A DNA stretch of 64,000 bases from Hormiphora californensis (taxonomy: Eukaryota; Animalia; Ctenophora). Shown here piece after piece: positions 13,901 to 26,141 of this stretch (within the stretch, counting starts at the first letter, position 1; each line of letters opens with the position of its first letter). The DNA lies in the NCBI GenBank assembly GCA_020137815.1, contig CM035350.1, positions 3,596,001 through 3,660,000 of the forward strand, in the 5' to 3' direction. The notes beneath the pieces are model-generated. The model was given only the letters and a program-made list of their open reading frames with translations. It searched no databases and was not told the DNA's origin. The position numbers and the translations under genes were made by a program.

Positions 13901-14594
13901 TTAATTTTGAATATTCCCACCTTTTGTAGACCTTTCTATATGCTTGAAGAGCATTCCTACAAAGTTTCAAGTCGATATTTCAAGCAGATCGGGAGATAAT
14001 TGCGGCTCAGGTGCCCCTGGGCCACTTTTGTTAGTGCGAGGGCAATTTTAAAATTTTAATTGCTTATAATTAATTAATTAAGTAAAAAATCAAAAATCAG
14101 GCTCCGTGGTGACTCTTAGTTATACCACTAGAACATGCCTACAAAGTTTTAGATCGATATGTCAAACAGTGTGGCCACAGTTTGAATTTTAAAATTGCCC
14201 AGGGGCAGTTTTTTCAAATGCTCGGGGGCAAAATTCAGGGGCACCAGAAATGTCCATTTTTGCATGCCTATAACTCATTGATTACTTAATTTTGACTATT
14301 CTAACTTTTTGTAGATCATTTTTTATGCTTGAAGAGCATTCCTACAAAGTTTCAAGTCGATATTTCAAGCAGATCGGGAGATAATTTCGGCTCAGGGGCA
14401 ATGCCCAGGGGACAGAACACCCCATGCTCAGGGGCACGGTGCAGGGGCTACTTTTTAATTACCTATAATTAATTAATTAGGCAAAAAATCAAAAATCCGG
14501 CCACGTTATGACACGTAGTTATACTACTAGAACACGCCTACAAAATTTCAGGTCGATATCTCAAAAAATGTGGCCACAATCGCTGCCTGAAATT

Positions 14595-14650
<56 letters not shown>

Positions 14651-16326
14651 GACCTACGTTTGTATATATAGGGCCGGCTTTTTGGATTTGGTGCAGGGGC
14701 AAAATTTTTTTTTTCTTTCGTTTTTTCTGTTTTCTTCGGGTCGGAGGTGCCTGCCGGCACCTAAATAGGTAAAGAGAGTGAGAGATTAGCGAGAGTGAGA
14801 GAGAGATAAAGAATGTGTGGGTCTGGGAGTTCGTGACTGTTATCTTGATCTCGGTGTTGCAACGGCTTGAGAGTGTGACATAAAGTTGGTTACGAAGTCA
14901 CCCCTATTATTGCATATAGGGGTGACAATACCGCCTACCTAAAAATGAAAATTTACGGGACCTTCTCATAAAAAGTTATCGAAAACTTGTCTAAAACCTA
15001 TCTAAAACGTATGGTACTAGTTTGTATAGTAACCAGGACCTGAATTCTACAGAAAGTAACGACCGGTAGCGATTACAACACATGTTTAACAACAGAGGTG
15101 TGTCGCATAACTCCTTATATGGGCATAAAATTCCAATCTTGTGGAATTTTTTCTGACTCGACTATAGCTTAGTTATCAATGAATCCACCTCTAATACCTT
15201 TGGAATGGCATTTTGCACATTTCTGAAGGTTTTTGTAGCCAAATTCCAGCATCTTCATAGTTTTCCAAAAACAAAAACAGTGTTAATGGCCAAAATATCG
15301 AAAAATTCCGGTATGTAATGGTAGCTCAGACAATTTCCTCGGTATGTTCAAAAAATTAGAACTTTCTGTTTTGTAGTTTGGACACAGGAATTTTTTTCCC
15401 GCCGTACAAGCGATATTATTACCCCTCCGTGAGCTAGCGCAGAGGGGGAATTTCATTACCAAGACATAAAGAAAGAGAGAGAGGGAGTTCGTACACGCTT
15501 ATCTTTCGAACGGTTTTTAGTGTGACAGAAACAGTAAGGAGTAAGGACTTCTAAGTGCAGCAGTGTTATAAGTTTTCATGTATCACTGGGGGGTGTTATA
15601 AGTGAAAACTTATAACACTGGGGGGTGTTATAAGTGAAAACTTATAACACTGGGGGGTGTTATAAGTTGTACAAGCAGTGCTACCTAAAGAATTATATTA
15701 TATCTCAAAATTTTACAATGGTAATTATGTTCCTATCGAGATATCAAGAATAATATTCTTTGCAATTGAGCACGGTTGTGAATTTGAGGCAGTTGTTCAA
15801 GACCCTCATGCATTTCAGTCACCATTGGTTCAGGGAGGGTTGGAAATTAAGGTCCTTTTTACTGTAAATGGACAGAACATGGGCTTGCCTCATTACAAAC
15901 TATAATTACTGAAAAGTATTGACCCGTACGGTCGACAATTTTGAATCTCTTCTTAGAGAGATTCAAGATTCTTTGCCCACGAATGACTCTGATTCAGATA
16001 ATGAACTGATATCTCAATTTGAAAATGTTGAAGTTATTGATGATGATTAATAGGAAGAGAACTAGAAGTAGAAATGTTAACATTATATTCGATGACTTGC
16101 TACCCTAAAAAAGCAATTTTTAATTAAAGGAACATTAATTTAGCGGAACCCTAAATTAACGATACCTAAAATTAACGAAATTTTTACTGATTTCGTTAAT
16201 TAAAGGTTCCGTTATATATCGGTAATAAGGTAAACCCTCAGACGCAAGAGAGTAAATTGGATTTATAGTGCCCTCTCCAAAAATGCATAACCATTCGACT
16301 AGACATATCAAGAGCATAAATTCTTT

Positions 16327-16409
<83 letters not shown>

Positions 16410-19047
16410 TGTAACTCTACCACTTTTACGTCACTGCAACACAAACATGTGGGCACAATAAAGCACTGCAACAATAGAAATGCACATACTCTCATGTGAC
16501 ATGTAAAGTAACAAATATAATGTAACTGTTACACCGCCAATATTTAGTTGCCACGAAGTCTTATTGACGACAGACAATAGGAATTTCAAATTAAGAAAAC
16601 CCTAAAATTAGGGTACCAATGAACTTACCCTTGTAAATATTGCAAAGTTAAGGAACCAGATGGCGAGGAACAATACCCATACAAATGTTGCGATTGTATA
16701 AGTGGTTGGGATTAGAAGTTGATCTGAACTGAGATGGTTGCTATCAGGGTTCATCAGCCAAGCTTTTATCTGATGTGGGGGAAGGAGTGTTAGCTAAAAC
16801 ATGTAAAACACCGTATATATCAGATAAAGTAGGGAACGAGTCAGCTAATAAATCTAACGTTAGATAATCATTTGTTAGCTGACATTACTTTTTATCGTGG
16901 TGGGTTGATGCATTTCGAAACTGGTTCTAAACTGTTCTAAAGAGGGCGAGATAAACAAGAATATATCGTTGTTTCCATTGTTCACACCAGTTGTAGGTGT
17001 AACACGACACAGAGGGCTGTGTGTTTATTGTTTATCATCACCAAATACATGACACAGTTGACACCGCACACACAAACACACATGTGCCCTGGCCCTCTTC
17101 TTACGTCGCAATGTAGTACATCGTTAGTTGCAGTCTCATCGTATAAGATAATTCTATAAAATTGGGCACTCTCCACACTATACCTCCACCTCAGCTCTCT
17201 ATCACTAATTTCATGCCGGTAATTACGCAAATCAACACAATGTGAGGGCAGCGAGGGAACGTCGTCCGCCTGGTGTGGAGAATATGGGGTTAATTAGGGG
17301 GCAGGAGGGGAGAACAGGGGGTTTAGGGGGCAGGAGGGGGGAACAGGGGGTTTAGGGGGCAGGAGGGGAGAACAGGGGGTTTAGGGGGCAGGAGGGGAGA
17401 ATATGGGGTTTAGGGGGCAGGAGGGGAGAACAGGGGGTTTAGGGGCAGGAGGGGAGAACAGGGGGTTTAGGGGCAGGAGGGGAGAACAGGGGGTTTAGGG
17501 GGCAGGAGGGGAGAACAGGGGGTTTAGGGGCAGGAGGGGAGAACAGGGGGTTTAGGGGGCAGGAGGGGAGAACAGGGGGTTCAGGGGGCAGGAGGGGAGA
17601 ACAGGGGGTTTAGGGGGCAGGAGGGGAGAACAGGGGGTTTAGGGGGCAGGAGGGGAGAACAGGGGGTTTAGGGGGCAGGAGGGGAGAACAGGGGGTTTAG
17701 GGGGCATGGAGGGGAGAACAGGGGGTTTAGGGGGCATGGAGGGGAGAACAGGGGGTTTAGGGGGCAGGAGGGGAGAACAGGGGGTTTAGGGGGCAGGAGG
17801 GGAGAACAGGGGGTTTAGGGGGCAGGAGGGGAGAACAGGGGGTTTAGGGGGCAGGAGGGGAGAACAGGGGGTTTAGGGGCAGGAGGGGAGAACAGGGGGT
17901 TTAGGGGGCAGGAGGGGAGAACAGGGGGTTTAGGGGGCAGAAGGGAAGAACAGGGAGTTTAGGGGGCAGGAGGGGAGAACAGGGGGTTTAGGGGGCAGGA
18001 GGGGAGAACAGGGGGTTTAGGGGGCAGGAGGGGAGAACAGGGGGTTTAGGGGGCAGGAGGGGAGAATATATGGGGTTTAGGGGGCAGGAGGGGAGAACAG
18101 GGGGTTTAGGGGGCAGGAGGGGAGAACAGGGGGTTTAGGGGGCAGGATGGGAGAACAGGGGGTTTAGGGGGCAGGAGGGGAGAATATATGGGGTTTAGGG
18201 GGCAGGAGGGGAGAACAGGGGGTTTAGGGGGCAGGAGGGGAGAACAGGGGGTTTAGGGGACAGGAGGGGAGAACAGGGGGTTTAGGGGGCTGGAGGGGAG
18301 AACAGGGGGTTTAGGGGGCTGGATGGGAGAACAGGGGGTTTAGGGGGCTGGATGGGAGAACAGGGGGTTTAGGGCGCAGGAGGGGAGAACAGTGGGTTTA
18401 GGGGGCAGGGGATAAGGACCAGAAAGTGATTAGGGATAGAGCTAGGAGGGGATGTGAGCCTAAATGATTTTGGGCAGCTTGTGGTACGAGATAATCATGG
18501 TTAAACAAGTGGGGTGAGATCTGTAGACACAATTGAACCACGTGTATTGCACTGTGTGTGGACCTACTAAATATGAAGTTCTAATTAGTTGCTACACTGC
18601 TATTATACAGTCTGCAGTCTGGACATGTACTTACACTTTGCACTTCTTTTCTGCACAGAAACAGGTGCTGAGTGTACACTTCAGATGCGTCCACTTTCGA
18701 TAATGGTTCTTCCTGCAAGAGGGGGGTTGTTGGTTGGGAATATAGTGTGCCATCCAAGAAACCCCTTTTGAGAAACCCATACCACACAAATCCCAACTTA
18801 AAATAAAGGGGGATTAGGAGGAAGGGATGAGCGAAGGATACAGAGAAAGTGAGGATAAGACATTGCGAAGGAGAGAAAGGACGTGAGAGAGAGAGAGAGA
18901 GCGAGAGAGAGAGAGAGCGAGAGAGAGAGAGCGGCAGAGAGATAGATAGAAAATACACGTTCAATTAAGATTTGGCACAAGCATAATTCCCAAATAATAA
19001 AATTCGATACACTGTAATCTGTATATATATAATCAGAATGAAATATT

Positions 19048-19089
<42 letters not shown>

Positions 19090-19831
19090 AAAAGAAGATA
19101 ATATAGAAACAGAAAAGGACAGAAAGGGAATGAATGAAGGTGGTAGCGGGTGGTAGATGGTTAGAACGAAGGGAGGTAGGGCGAAGGAAGGAAGATAGGA
19201 AAGGACTAATGACAATTATAATTAAGCCATATCGCTCCCCCTCTCTCTCTCTCTCCCTCCCTCTCTCTAGATAGTAGTCTCATTCTGTGTATCAAATCAT
19301 CGCATCCAATAAATAAACATTTGGGTTAACTCGTACTACACACTGTGTGTACTCGAGAGAACAAGTCAACACAACAGTCACGTACACAGATTCAACTGCA
19401 CTTTGAGGTTCAAAGCTTAGATCCATAATTTCAGATTTGCTACCAGATCTCCTAACGGGTTCTGTATATATCATTACTAACCTAACTTGACCCTACCAGG
19501 ACCCCCTATCATCCTCCTAATGCAGTACAACCCCTTCCCCCACACAACTCACACAACCCTGACCCCCTTCCTCCACATTACACAACTCACACAAACCCAC
19601 CCCCCCCCCCCCTGATGAACAACCCTGACCCCCTTCCTCCACATTACTCACACAAACGAGATCCACGTGAACAGATCCATTTTTCTGAAACCCAAACACA
19701 TTGTGGGTAATGGTGAAGTGGATTTTATTTGACTTCTTGTTATGTTTCAGTTCAATGTTGTCATGTTCAATTATTAAGCTGTGAACACAGGTAACCAGCA
19801 GGGCTAGAAGGAAGGCTAGGACAGTATCCAT
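11000..19831 (-). CDS. GOLD-domain seven-TM (GOST; GPR107/GPR108/TMEM87-like) protein, 3' end unresolved
   Basis: Phase-consistent GT-AG exons 19831-19652, 18712-18635, 17269-17105, 16769-16629, 16525-16408, 12173-11971, 11351-11214 and 11118-11000. Signal peptide, FGFQKNGSVHV (GPR108-like FGFxxNG), MNPDSNHLSSDQLLIPTTY before TM1, then six hydrophobic helices. TM7 and tail lie below 11000. Confidence 0.75.
13235..13620 (-). repeat. Inverted copy of the dispersed repeat at ~4690-4975
   Basis: Reverse-complement similarity to 4690-4975. Confidence 0.7.
13660..14765 (+). mobile_element. Helentron/HINE-like non-autonomous element with internal ~180-bp repeats
   Basis: Subterminal IR TTTTTGCCCCTGCAC (13666) / GTGCAGGGGCAAAAA (14691). 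3' hairpin AGGTGCC-TGCC-GGCACCT (~14745-14762). Internal units start TTTTTAATTGCTTATAATTAATT. Confidence 0.6.
15562..15672. repeat. Short tandem array of palindromic GTGTTATAAGTGAAAACTTATAACAC units
   Basis: About three ~31-bp units. Related motif at 12748-12805. Confidence 0.8.
15678..16050 (+). pseudogene. HIRAN-like domain remnant (transposon cargo) with acidic tail
   Basis: YVPIEISRIIFFAIEHGCEFEAVV...SPLVQGGLEI matches the transposon-associated HIRAN pattern G(H/Y)VPREIS...SPLxQGGLEIP. Frameshifted downstream, ending ...EVIDDD*. Confidence 0.6.
17290..18410. repeat. 29-bp G-rich minisatellite (~38 copies), intronic
   Basis: Unit CAGGGGGTTTAGGGGGCAGGAGGGGAGAA. Confidence 0.95.
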
Positions 19832-20552
19832 GGCTACAGAGGGAAGTTAGAGGGGTTAGCAATAATTAGAACTGATTGGGGTATTGATTTATCAGTGGAA
19901 AAACAAGCTGATAACAACGATATCTATAGTAAAGAGACATGCCTCAACTCTCAATAGAGAGAGGTAGTAAACACAACTCTGATGTGTGTTCAACATTCCA
20001 AAAGGGTAACAACGAATTATATATCAACTAATACTAGTAAAAATGGGATTAAATTTCGATCCAAATCTATATATTTTACGATATTTGATTTCTAGGTATC
20101 TTTTATGCAGGGGGTATTTCTAGGTATCTTTTGTTTTGTCAACTTTATAAGGCCACGTGTGATAAATGGTTGCTTTATGATATTAAATCGCAATGTTATA
20201 TTGTAGTATTTTATGCGGGGGGGGGGGGGGGGGTTATATTGTAGGGGGAGCAGGGTAGAATTATATAGTACAAGACTAGTAGGTTCTCGACTAGCAGCAA
20301 AACATAAAAAGGATCTAAAAAGCACAAAACAACACAAAATCAAACTTATATCCGGTGAAATAAGTACAAATATATAATAAGTTATAAGAACACACAATAT
20401 GCCCACAATATAAACTGGTTAAAAAGACATTAGCCTAGGATACACTGTCTAATATCTGGGCATTATATCCTACACTTAATCTGACTAGCAATACTAAACA
20501 CAACTTTTATCTCCTATCTACAATTCTAATCTGTTTCATCACTATCTCCTAT

Positions 20553-20915
20553 CTACAACTCAGATCTGTTCATCACTATCTCTTCTTTCTCAAACAGTCT
20601 CTGTACACCACTGAAACATAACCACACCTCCTTCTACTTTTCTTAAAAAGTAAAGGAAGGGTTGTTCTAGGTGAAACGTTATCACAGGTGGCGCTTCCAT
20701 CACAGCAGCCCGTGTTAGCCGCATTGTAGCCACTGTAGCCGCCGCCGCTTCGCACCCTTTCTCTGTAAACTCAAGGAAGGTCTTGTGTAGAACATCACCC
20801 AAAACTAATTCCTTTTTACCTGGACAAATTGAGATATATGTAACCAGTTTAGTTTTCTCTCTATCTCTCTATCTCTTTCTCTCTTTCTCACTCTCTCTCT
20901 TTCTCATCTCTCTCT

Positions 20916-20962
<47 letters not shown>

Positions 20963-20984
20963 GCTCTCCTCTCTCTCATCTCTC

Positions 20985-21017
<33 letters not shown>

Positions 21018-21039
21018 TTTTCTCTCTCTCTCTCATCTC

Positions 21040-21072
<33 letters not shown>

Positions 21073-22291
21073 TCTCTCACACACTCTCTCTCTCACTCCC
21101 TCTCTCTCTCCCTCGCTGTCTACATTCTCTCATTTTGTGTGCCTGTTCTCCAGGAAAATACATCCAATTTCATTAGTCTCAACTCTGAGACATAACGTAA
21201 TGTTTTTAGTACAGCTTACCCCGCGAAGATTGCTGTATTAACCCTCACGCAAGGTAAGAAATAAACATCTCCTATATAATACTTTGACATGACGTGTTTC
21301 TCATGCAAGCTCATTACAACTCCTCTCTCCCCTTGACAGTAAATGGAAACGACTGGACAATCCCTGTGACAATGACAACACCACGATCCCTCAACGCGAA
21401 GAGAAAGGGGCGGTTGAGGTAGAGGAGGGTGGTAGGTTCAGGGACACCTAACCATACAACACCGGCAGAGGCAGCACTAGCCTCACAGCCCTCTTCGCTC
21501 AACTGGAGACGCGTGTAATGGAGGAGGGAGGAGAGGGACAACAATTCGCCTGTTATAAGGGGGAATGATGTCATTATCACACGATGACGTCACAACATCA
21601 TGACGTCATAACTTTATTACCTGTTTTTGTCATGGCACTAAAATCAGCAACACGGTCGACAAACAAATCACCAAGGCCAAGGGTCGTGAGAGTGCTCTTC
21701 ATATCCAGAGAGGTTTCAATTTGGAATTTAGGCACCCTTAGATTAACCTCCCTGTGCTTCATCTTATCAATGAGAACAGACAGGAATTCCTGGGAATATG
21801 CGATTGGAGAGTGTCCAACAGGGCATTACAGGGGAGGACCGTGGGAAAACATAATTCGCATTTTAATTCGAACCTCTCTCTCTTTTATCTTGTACCTTAT
21901 TTTGAAGGAGAGATGGAATAGGAACTTTAGGCTTTACCAAGACCATTTGGACTGAAGAAGTGGAGAAGGGTAGAATCACTGCAGTAGCTATCTCTGTATC
22001 TGAAGAGAGAGGAATTACTATTAGAGTCTTTTGAAGAAAAATCAGCATATTAGAGAAACTAGGAAGGCCCAAACTTAACTCGGTGACGCCTGACGGGTGA
22101 GCCTGACCCCGCCTAATCCTAATTGTAAAATATGTAAGAATTTAAGTGAGCAGATCCTTACAGCGGCATTCTGTGGCAAGATGAATGTACACTATGAGAG
22201 GCTCCCACTTTAAAAATATCAAAATACAGGAGGATGTGAGAGGTATAGAAGCCAAGCGACAAGCATTTCTCTCTTATGTAGCGTGCACAGA

Positions 22292-22343
<52 letters not shown>

Positions 22344-23371
22344 TCTCTTTCTCTCTTTCTCTCTTTCTCACTTGCTAAAGTGCATTTTCTTGTTTACCTA
22401 GCAATGCATTTTTTGTAATTCTTCTTAATTTCTGTGAAGTTTTAGTTGCTCTAATAAAATGGACAGGGCTGACGTAGGACTTCATCTGTCAGAATTCTGA
22501 TTTTAACGTTTCTGAAGTTCCCTCTCAGACGTCTAGTCGGGCAATCAAATCACTGGTTTATCTTCGGCACCCTGTTTACTGTCATAATAAGAAACTCATT
22601 TAGCTTTTGTTTTTTGATATACATATACAGATGGTTTGAGATGTGCAAGTCATCCTATGTATAATAATACCCAAGTGGGGCTATTTCCCTTCCAATAATC
22701 TATACTACACTCTCAGCTCAACTAGCTATAATGGGCTACACAACCGAGTACCAAAGTCAGTTTCCAGTGTGGATAGATGGACAGGAATGTTATGAGGAGG
22801 GTAAAAGGCAGCAGAGACTCCTCGCACATGCCAGCAAATCCCATACACCCATATTTGGAGTGGAACATGACAGGAACAAGGACGCGTTGTTAGAAAATAA
22901 CAGTGTAGAAGGTGCTCCAGAGAGCAGCAACGAGAAGGGGCCAGTAAAGGCAGTCAAGAAGAGGAGTGTAACAAAGGGCTCTTCTAACGAGGGGACTAAA
23001 AAGGGAGCTCGGCCCTGTTCTAAAGACAAAAAGAAAAGAGTCACATTTGCTAGGTCCTCCTCTGCTCCCCCTCCTTCAACCTCCACTCAAGTACCCATAG
23101 TCAGTACACCATCACCTGTCAGGGAAAACAGTACACCTTCGCCCTCGGGGGTAGCCGCTGGTCTAGGAGGAGGTAGGAGGACTGCTAATCGAGCCGCAAT
23201 ACGACGAGAGATAGTCAACAAATCTTATTCTGCGGGAATCTTGAAAACGGACAGGGTTATACCAAGTGAAGTGGCAGAATATTTGAGACGATTATGTAGT
23301 GTGGGGAATACCCGACCAATTGGGATGCTCGTTTGAGAGAGAGGCAGAGAGATAGAGTGAGAGAGAGAGAT

Positions 23372-23440
<69 letters not shown>

Positions 23441-23499
23441 GAGAGATAGGGAGGGAGAGAGAGAGAGTGAGTGGGAGAGAGAGAAAGAGAGAGAGAGAG

Positions 23500-23559
<60 letters not shown>

Positions 23560-24950
23560 TGGGGAAGTTCATCTGCTTTCTAACAAAACCACTCATGCTA
23601 GTGAACTAGTAAAGTAATGAGATGCCATTTCTGAAGATGAAAGCTCCCTGGCACAACCTCAAATCTTCACTATCTTTATTTTTATTGCAGTCTCTCCTAT
23701 TCTCTCATCCGTATTCCCTCTTCTTTGTTTAAATCACCACGATTTATAAAACAAATGTATCATGTTTTTGATCCCAACTTATTTGTTTTGTCTATATCCT
23801 TATTATGAAATATGAACTTCAAAAAAATTTAAACATGTATGGATAGTCGGACCCCGATTTTCCGGATGTCGGGGGGGAAAAATTTTTTCCCGGAAATCGG
23901 GGGTCCGACGAGAATAAAAGGTTTTTAACGTGCGCTAACAATTCCCGAACGTTGTAAACAAAAATTGACCCAAAAAAGAGTTGAAAATAACCTTTTTAGT
24001 TTTCCTGGTAACCCTGAAAAAGATCACATGTTACCTGTATATTGCATGGTAGTAGTGTGTTCCATGGTAGGAAAAACCCTTGTGGAACCATCATCACCAC
24101 TCTCCAGATAAAACTTCCTGGGTTTGGTGTTTCGTTTAGGGAAGGGCGTCATCCAACTATCCTTGAAGTAAAGAACATTCAACAAAATCAGCCGGGTGTC
24201 TTCCGTTATGTGTTCTGCAGAAGAAGTAAAGAAGCGGTGAAGAAATAGCTTCAAATTTAGTACCCAATATGGGATATATCAAACCATAACCATTTGTCAA
24301 CAATGGTATTGATCACCGCCACACCTTGCACTGCCCATCTAGTGCGAGACCATGAACCTAATACCTTGGTTAATAAGATTCTTGATCTTGCCCTCCGTCA
24401 ACTTTTCCACCATCCCATTGACATGGTTCACTCCCCCCTTCACATCCCCGGGGGGCAATGGGAGTATGGTCGCCTGAGTGATTAAGCTTTTTTAGGAAAG
24501 AATGACAATAAAACCCTTAAAGAGAAGGGTTTTTCCCCCCCCAGACCACCGTTTGGATATTCCCTCCCACCTCCAATTCATCTTTCATCATACATCATCA
24601 TCAAATAAGGGTCTTTTTTCCTATTTTTTTATTGTGGGTAGGGGGATATTTACACACAATTGTTTAAGATTTTTTTTAGAAAGGAAGGAAAAAAAAAAGG
24701 CAGTTTTTCAAAAAGAGAAGGTTTTTGGGTTTTAGCGAACATATTTTTTATTTTGGTACATCCCCTTTTATGAGGGAGCTGAGCTGCTCTGAGAGAGAAT
24801 GATGGGAGTCTAGGAACTGGGAGAAGGTGTGAGGGGTAACAACCCTTCCCTTAGCCAGTTAGTGCTATCCCGAAGAAAGGGGGGGAAAAACACTACATTA
24901 TTTTTGGGGCTCATCTTGGGGAAAAAAGGGTGGGGGGAAAGGGGAGGGGT

Positions 24951-24986
<36 letters not shown>

Positions 24987-25274
24987 GGGTTTTTTTTTGG
25001 AGTTTCTTGTTGTTTTAAGGCTGGGGCGCCCCTTTTGGCGGCCTCGCTTTTTTTCCCCCCTTTGGTTTTTTGTTTGGGTCAAAAAATTTTAAAATCAAAC
25101 TTTTTGCACCTACGCGACATTAAAGGAGAGTTAAAAAAGGGACAAATTGTATTAATGGAACAAGGGGATGAATTCCATACCTTTTGAAATTGTTGAAATT
25201 TTGAGCCCTGCGATTTCACGACTCTTCAACAGTTTTGCGGGGTAGTTATCACCAGAGTAAAAAGAAAGGAGCAT
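20553..25274 (-). CDS. Serpin with two alternative terminal RCL exons
   Basis: Garbled 5' exons (signal peptide ~25274, NVVFSPFS ~24890), then ~24470-24366 (VEKLTEGKIKNLI), 24214-24035 (LILLNVLYFKDSW), 21999-21896 and 21789-21621 (VPKFQIETSLDMK...ADFSAMT). Terminal exon A 21549-21314; exon B 20819-20590 (20553 if 1 nt is corrected). Confidence 0.9.
22731..23336 (+). CDS. Nested antisense gene in the serpin intron; possible CCSAP-like microtubule/cilia protein
   Basis: 201-aa ORF preceded by acceptor CACTCTCAG. N-terminus TEYQSQFPVWIDGQECYEE...HTPIF recalls CCSAP (SEYMKRY..PRW....CY.E...HAPWLW). The 3' end may be spliced. Confidence 0.55.
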   Translation: MGYTTEYQSQFPVWIDGQECYEEGKRQQRLLAHASKSHTPIFGVEHDRNKDALLENNSVEGAPESSNEKGPVKAVKKRSVTKGSSNEGTKKGARPCSKDKKKRVTFARSSSAPPPSTSTQVPIVSTPSPVRENSTPSPSGVAAGLGGGRRTANRAAIRREIVNKSYSAGILKTDRVIPSEVAEYLRRLCSVGNTRPIGMLV

Positions 25275-25417
25275 TTATTTTCCCCCTCATTTTTTCTAAC
25301 ACACGAAAATAAAAAAAAATAAACGAAATATACCGAAGGTGAAAAAACGGAAAAATGGGGAAAAGAGGGTCACTCAATAAAAAAGACACACAGGGGGAAT
25401 TTCAAATGCGATTCATA

Positions 25418-26141
25418 CTATTTCTGGCCTAACATATTTCTAGCAATTATAACGTTGCTTTCATGAGGTCTCCTGCACTTTCCAATGTTTCTCAAGCTCC
25501 ACTCTGTTCTCTCCCAGTGCAGCCAGATCGGTTTACCTTGGGTTTTCAAAAAAGCCACGTTTTGAATATCCCGGGGTAGGTCTTTGCAGAAAAAGCCGGG
25601 GCGGCCCTACACCGCAGCGATGTTTCTCGAGGGTAACCAATTTAATCCGAATTTATCGCCACTAAAACCAATTATCGATCAAAAAGAGCAAACGGATGTG
25701 GGTTTGGTGCCAATTAGATCAATGCAAAGGGAAGTGCTTTCCGCCATCGGTAAGTAGGTAATTGTAGTTCAGCGGGTTTTTTATGGCAATCCTGGAGAAA
25801 GTCAGCAATTGGTACAGGGCTCGCATTGTGAAGTCATTTTTTGTTTGGGGCCCTCATGTCTTCTAAAAGGGGTTCAAATTTTGGGCATAAAGAGGGCTAT
25901 TCAGCGCCACCCCCAAATTTTTAACATTTTAATGGATGCTTCCGAGTAATTCAACTCTTTGATTGCGTGTTTTAGGGCATTTTCCGTCCATCCGTGGTTG
26001 TGAACGTGTTTCAGGGACCCCTCGAGAATGTCAAACTTTAAATCTTCCCCCTCTTCTGATGCGTAGTATGGACGGGCTGGGAACGGGCGATGTAATCTTG
26101 AGCAGGCCTGAAACCGCTTGGCTCACGCAGCAGCGAATCAT
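25418..26141 (-). CDS. COQ9: Ubiquinone biosynthesis protein COQ9 (frameshifted by consensus errors, apparently intronless)
   Basis: Reading through errors: LKFDILE..LKHVHNHGWTENALKHAIKELNYSEASI..., then DNxWFxSGDKxxDxNWY, AAVY, QDxxPGYSKTWxFL, ending ARNMLGQK*. Confidence 0.75.

Larger units (their letters stand above)
12597..16230. mobile_element. 3.6-kb composite TIR element (TA TSD) with nested insertions and a HIRAN-like remnant
   Basis: CCTTATTACCGCTATATAACGGAACCT at 12597 vs AGGTTCCGTTATATATCGGTAATAAGG ending at 16230 (1 mismatch). TA flanks; subterminal TTAATTAACG repeats at both ends. Confidence 0.8.

Noticed and set aside
15562-15672. CRISPR-like palindromic repeats
   Set aside because: No unique spacers, no cas genes and a eukaryotic context.
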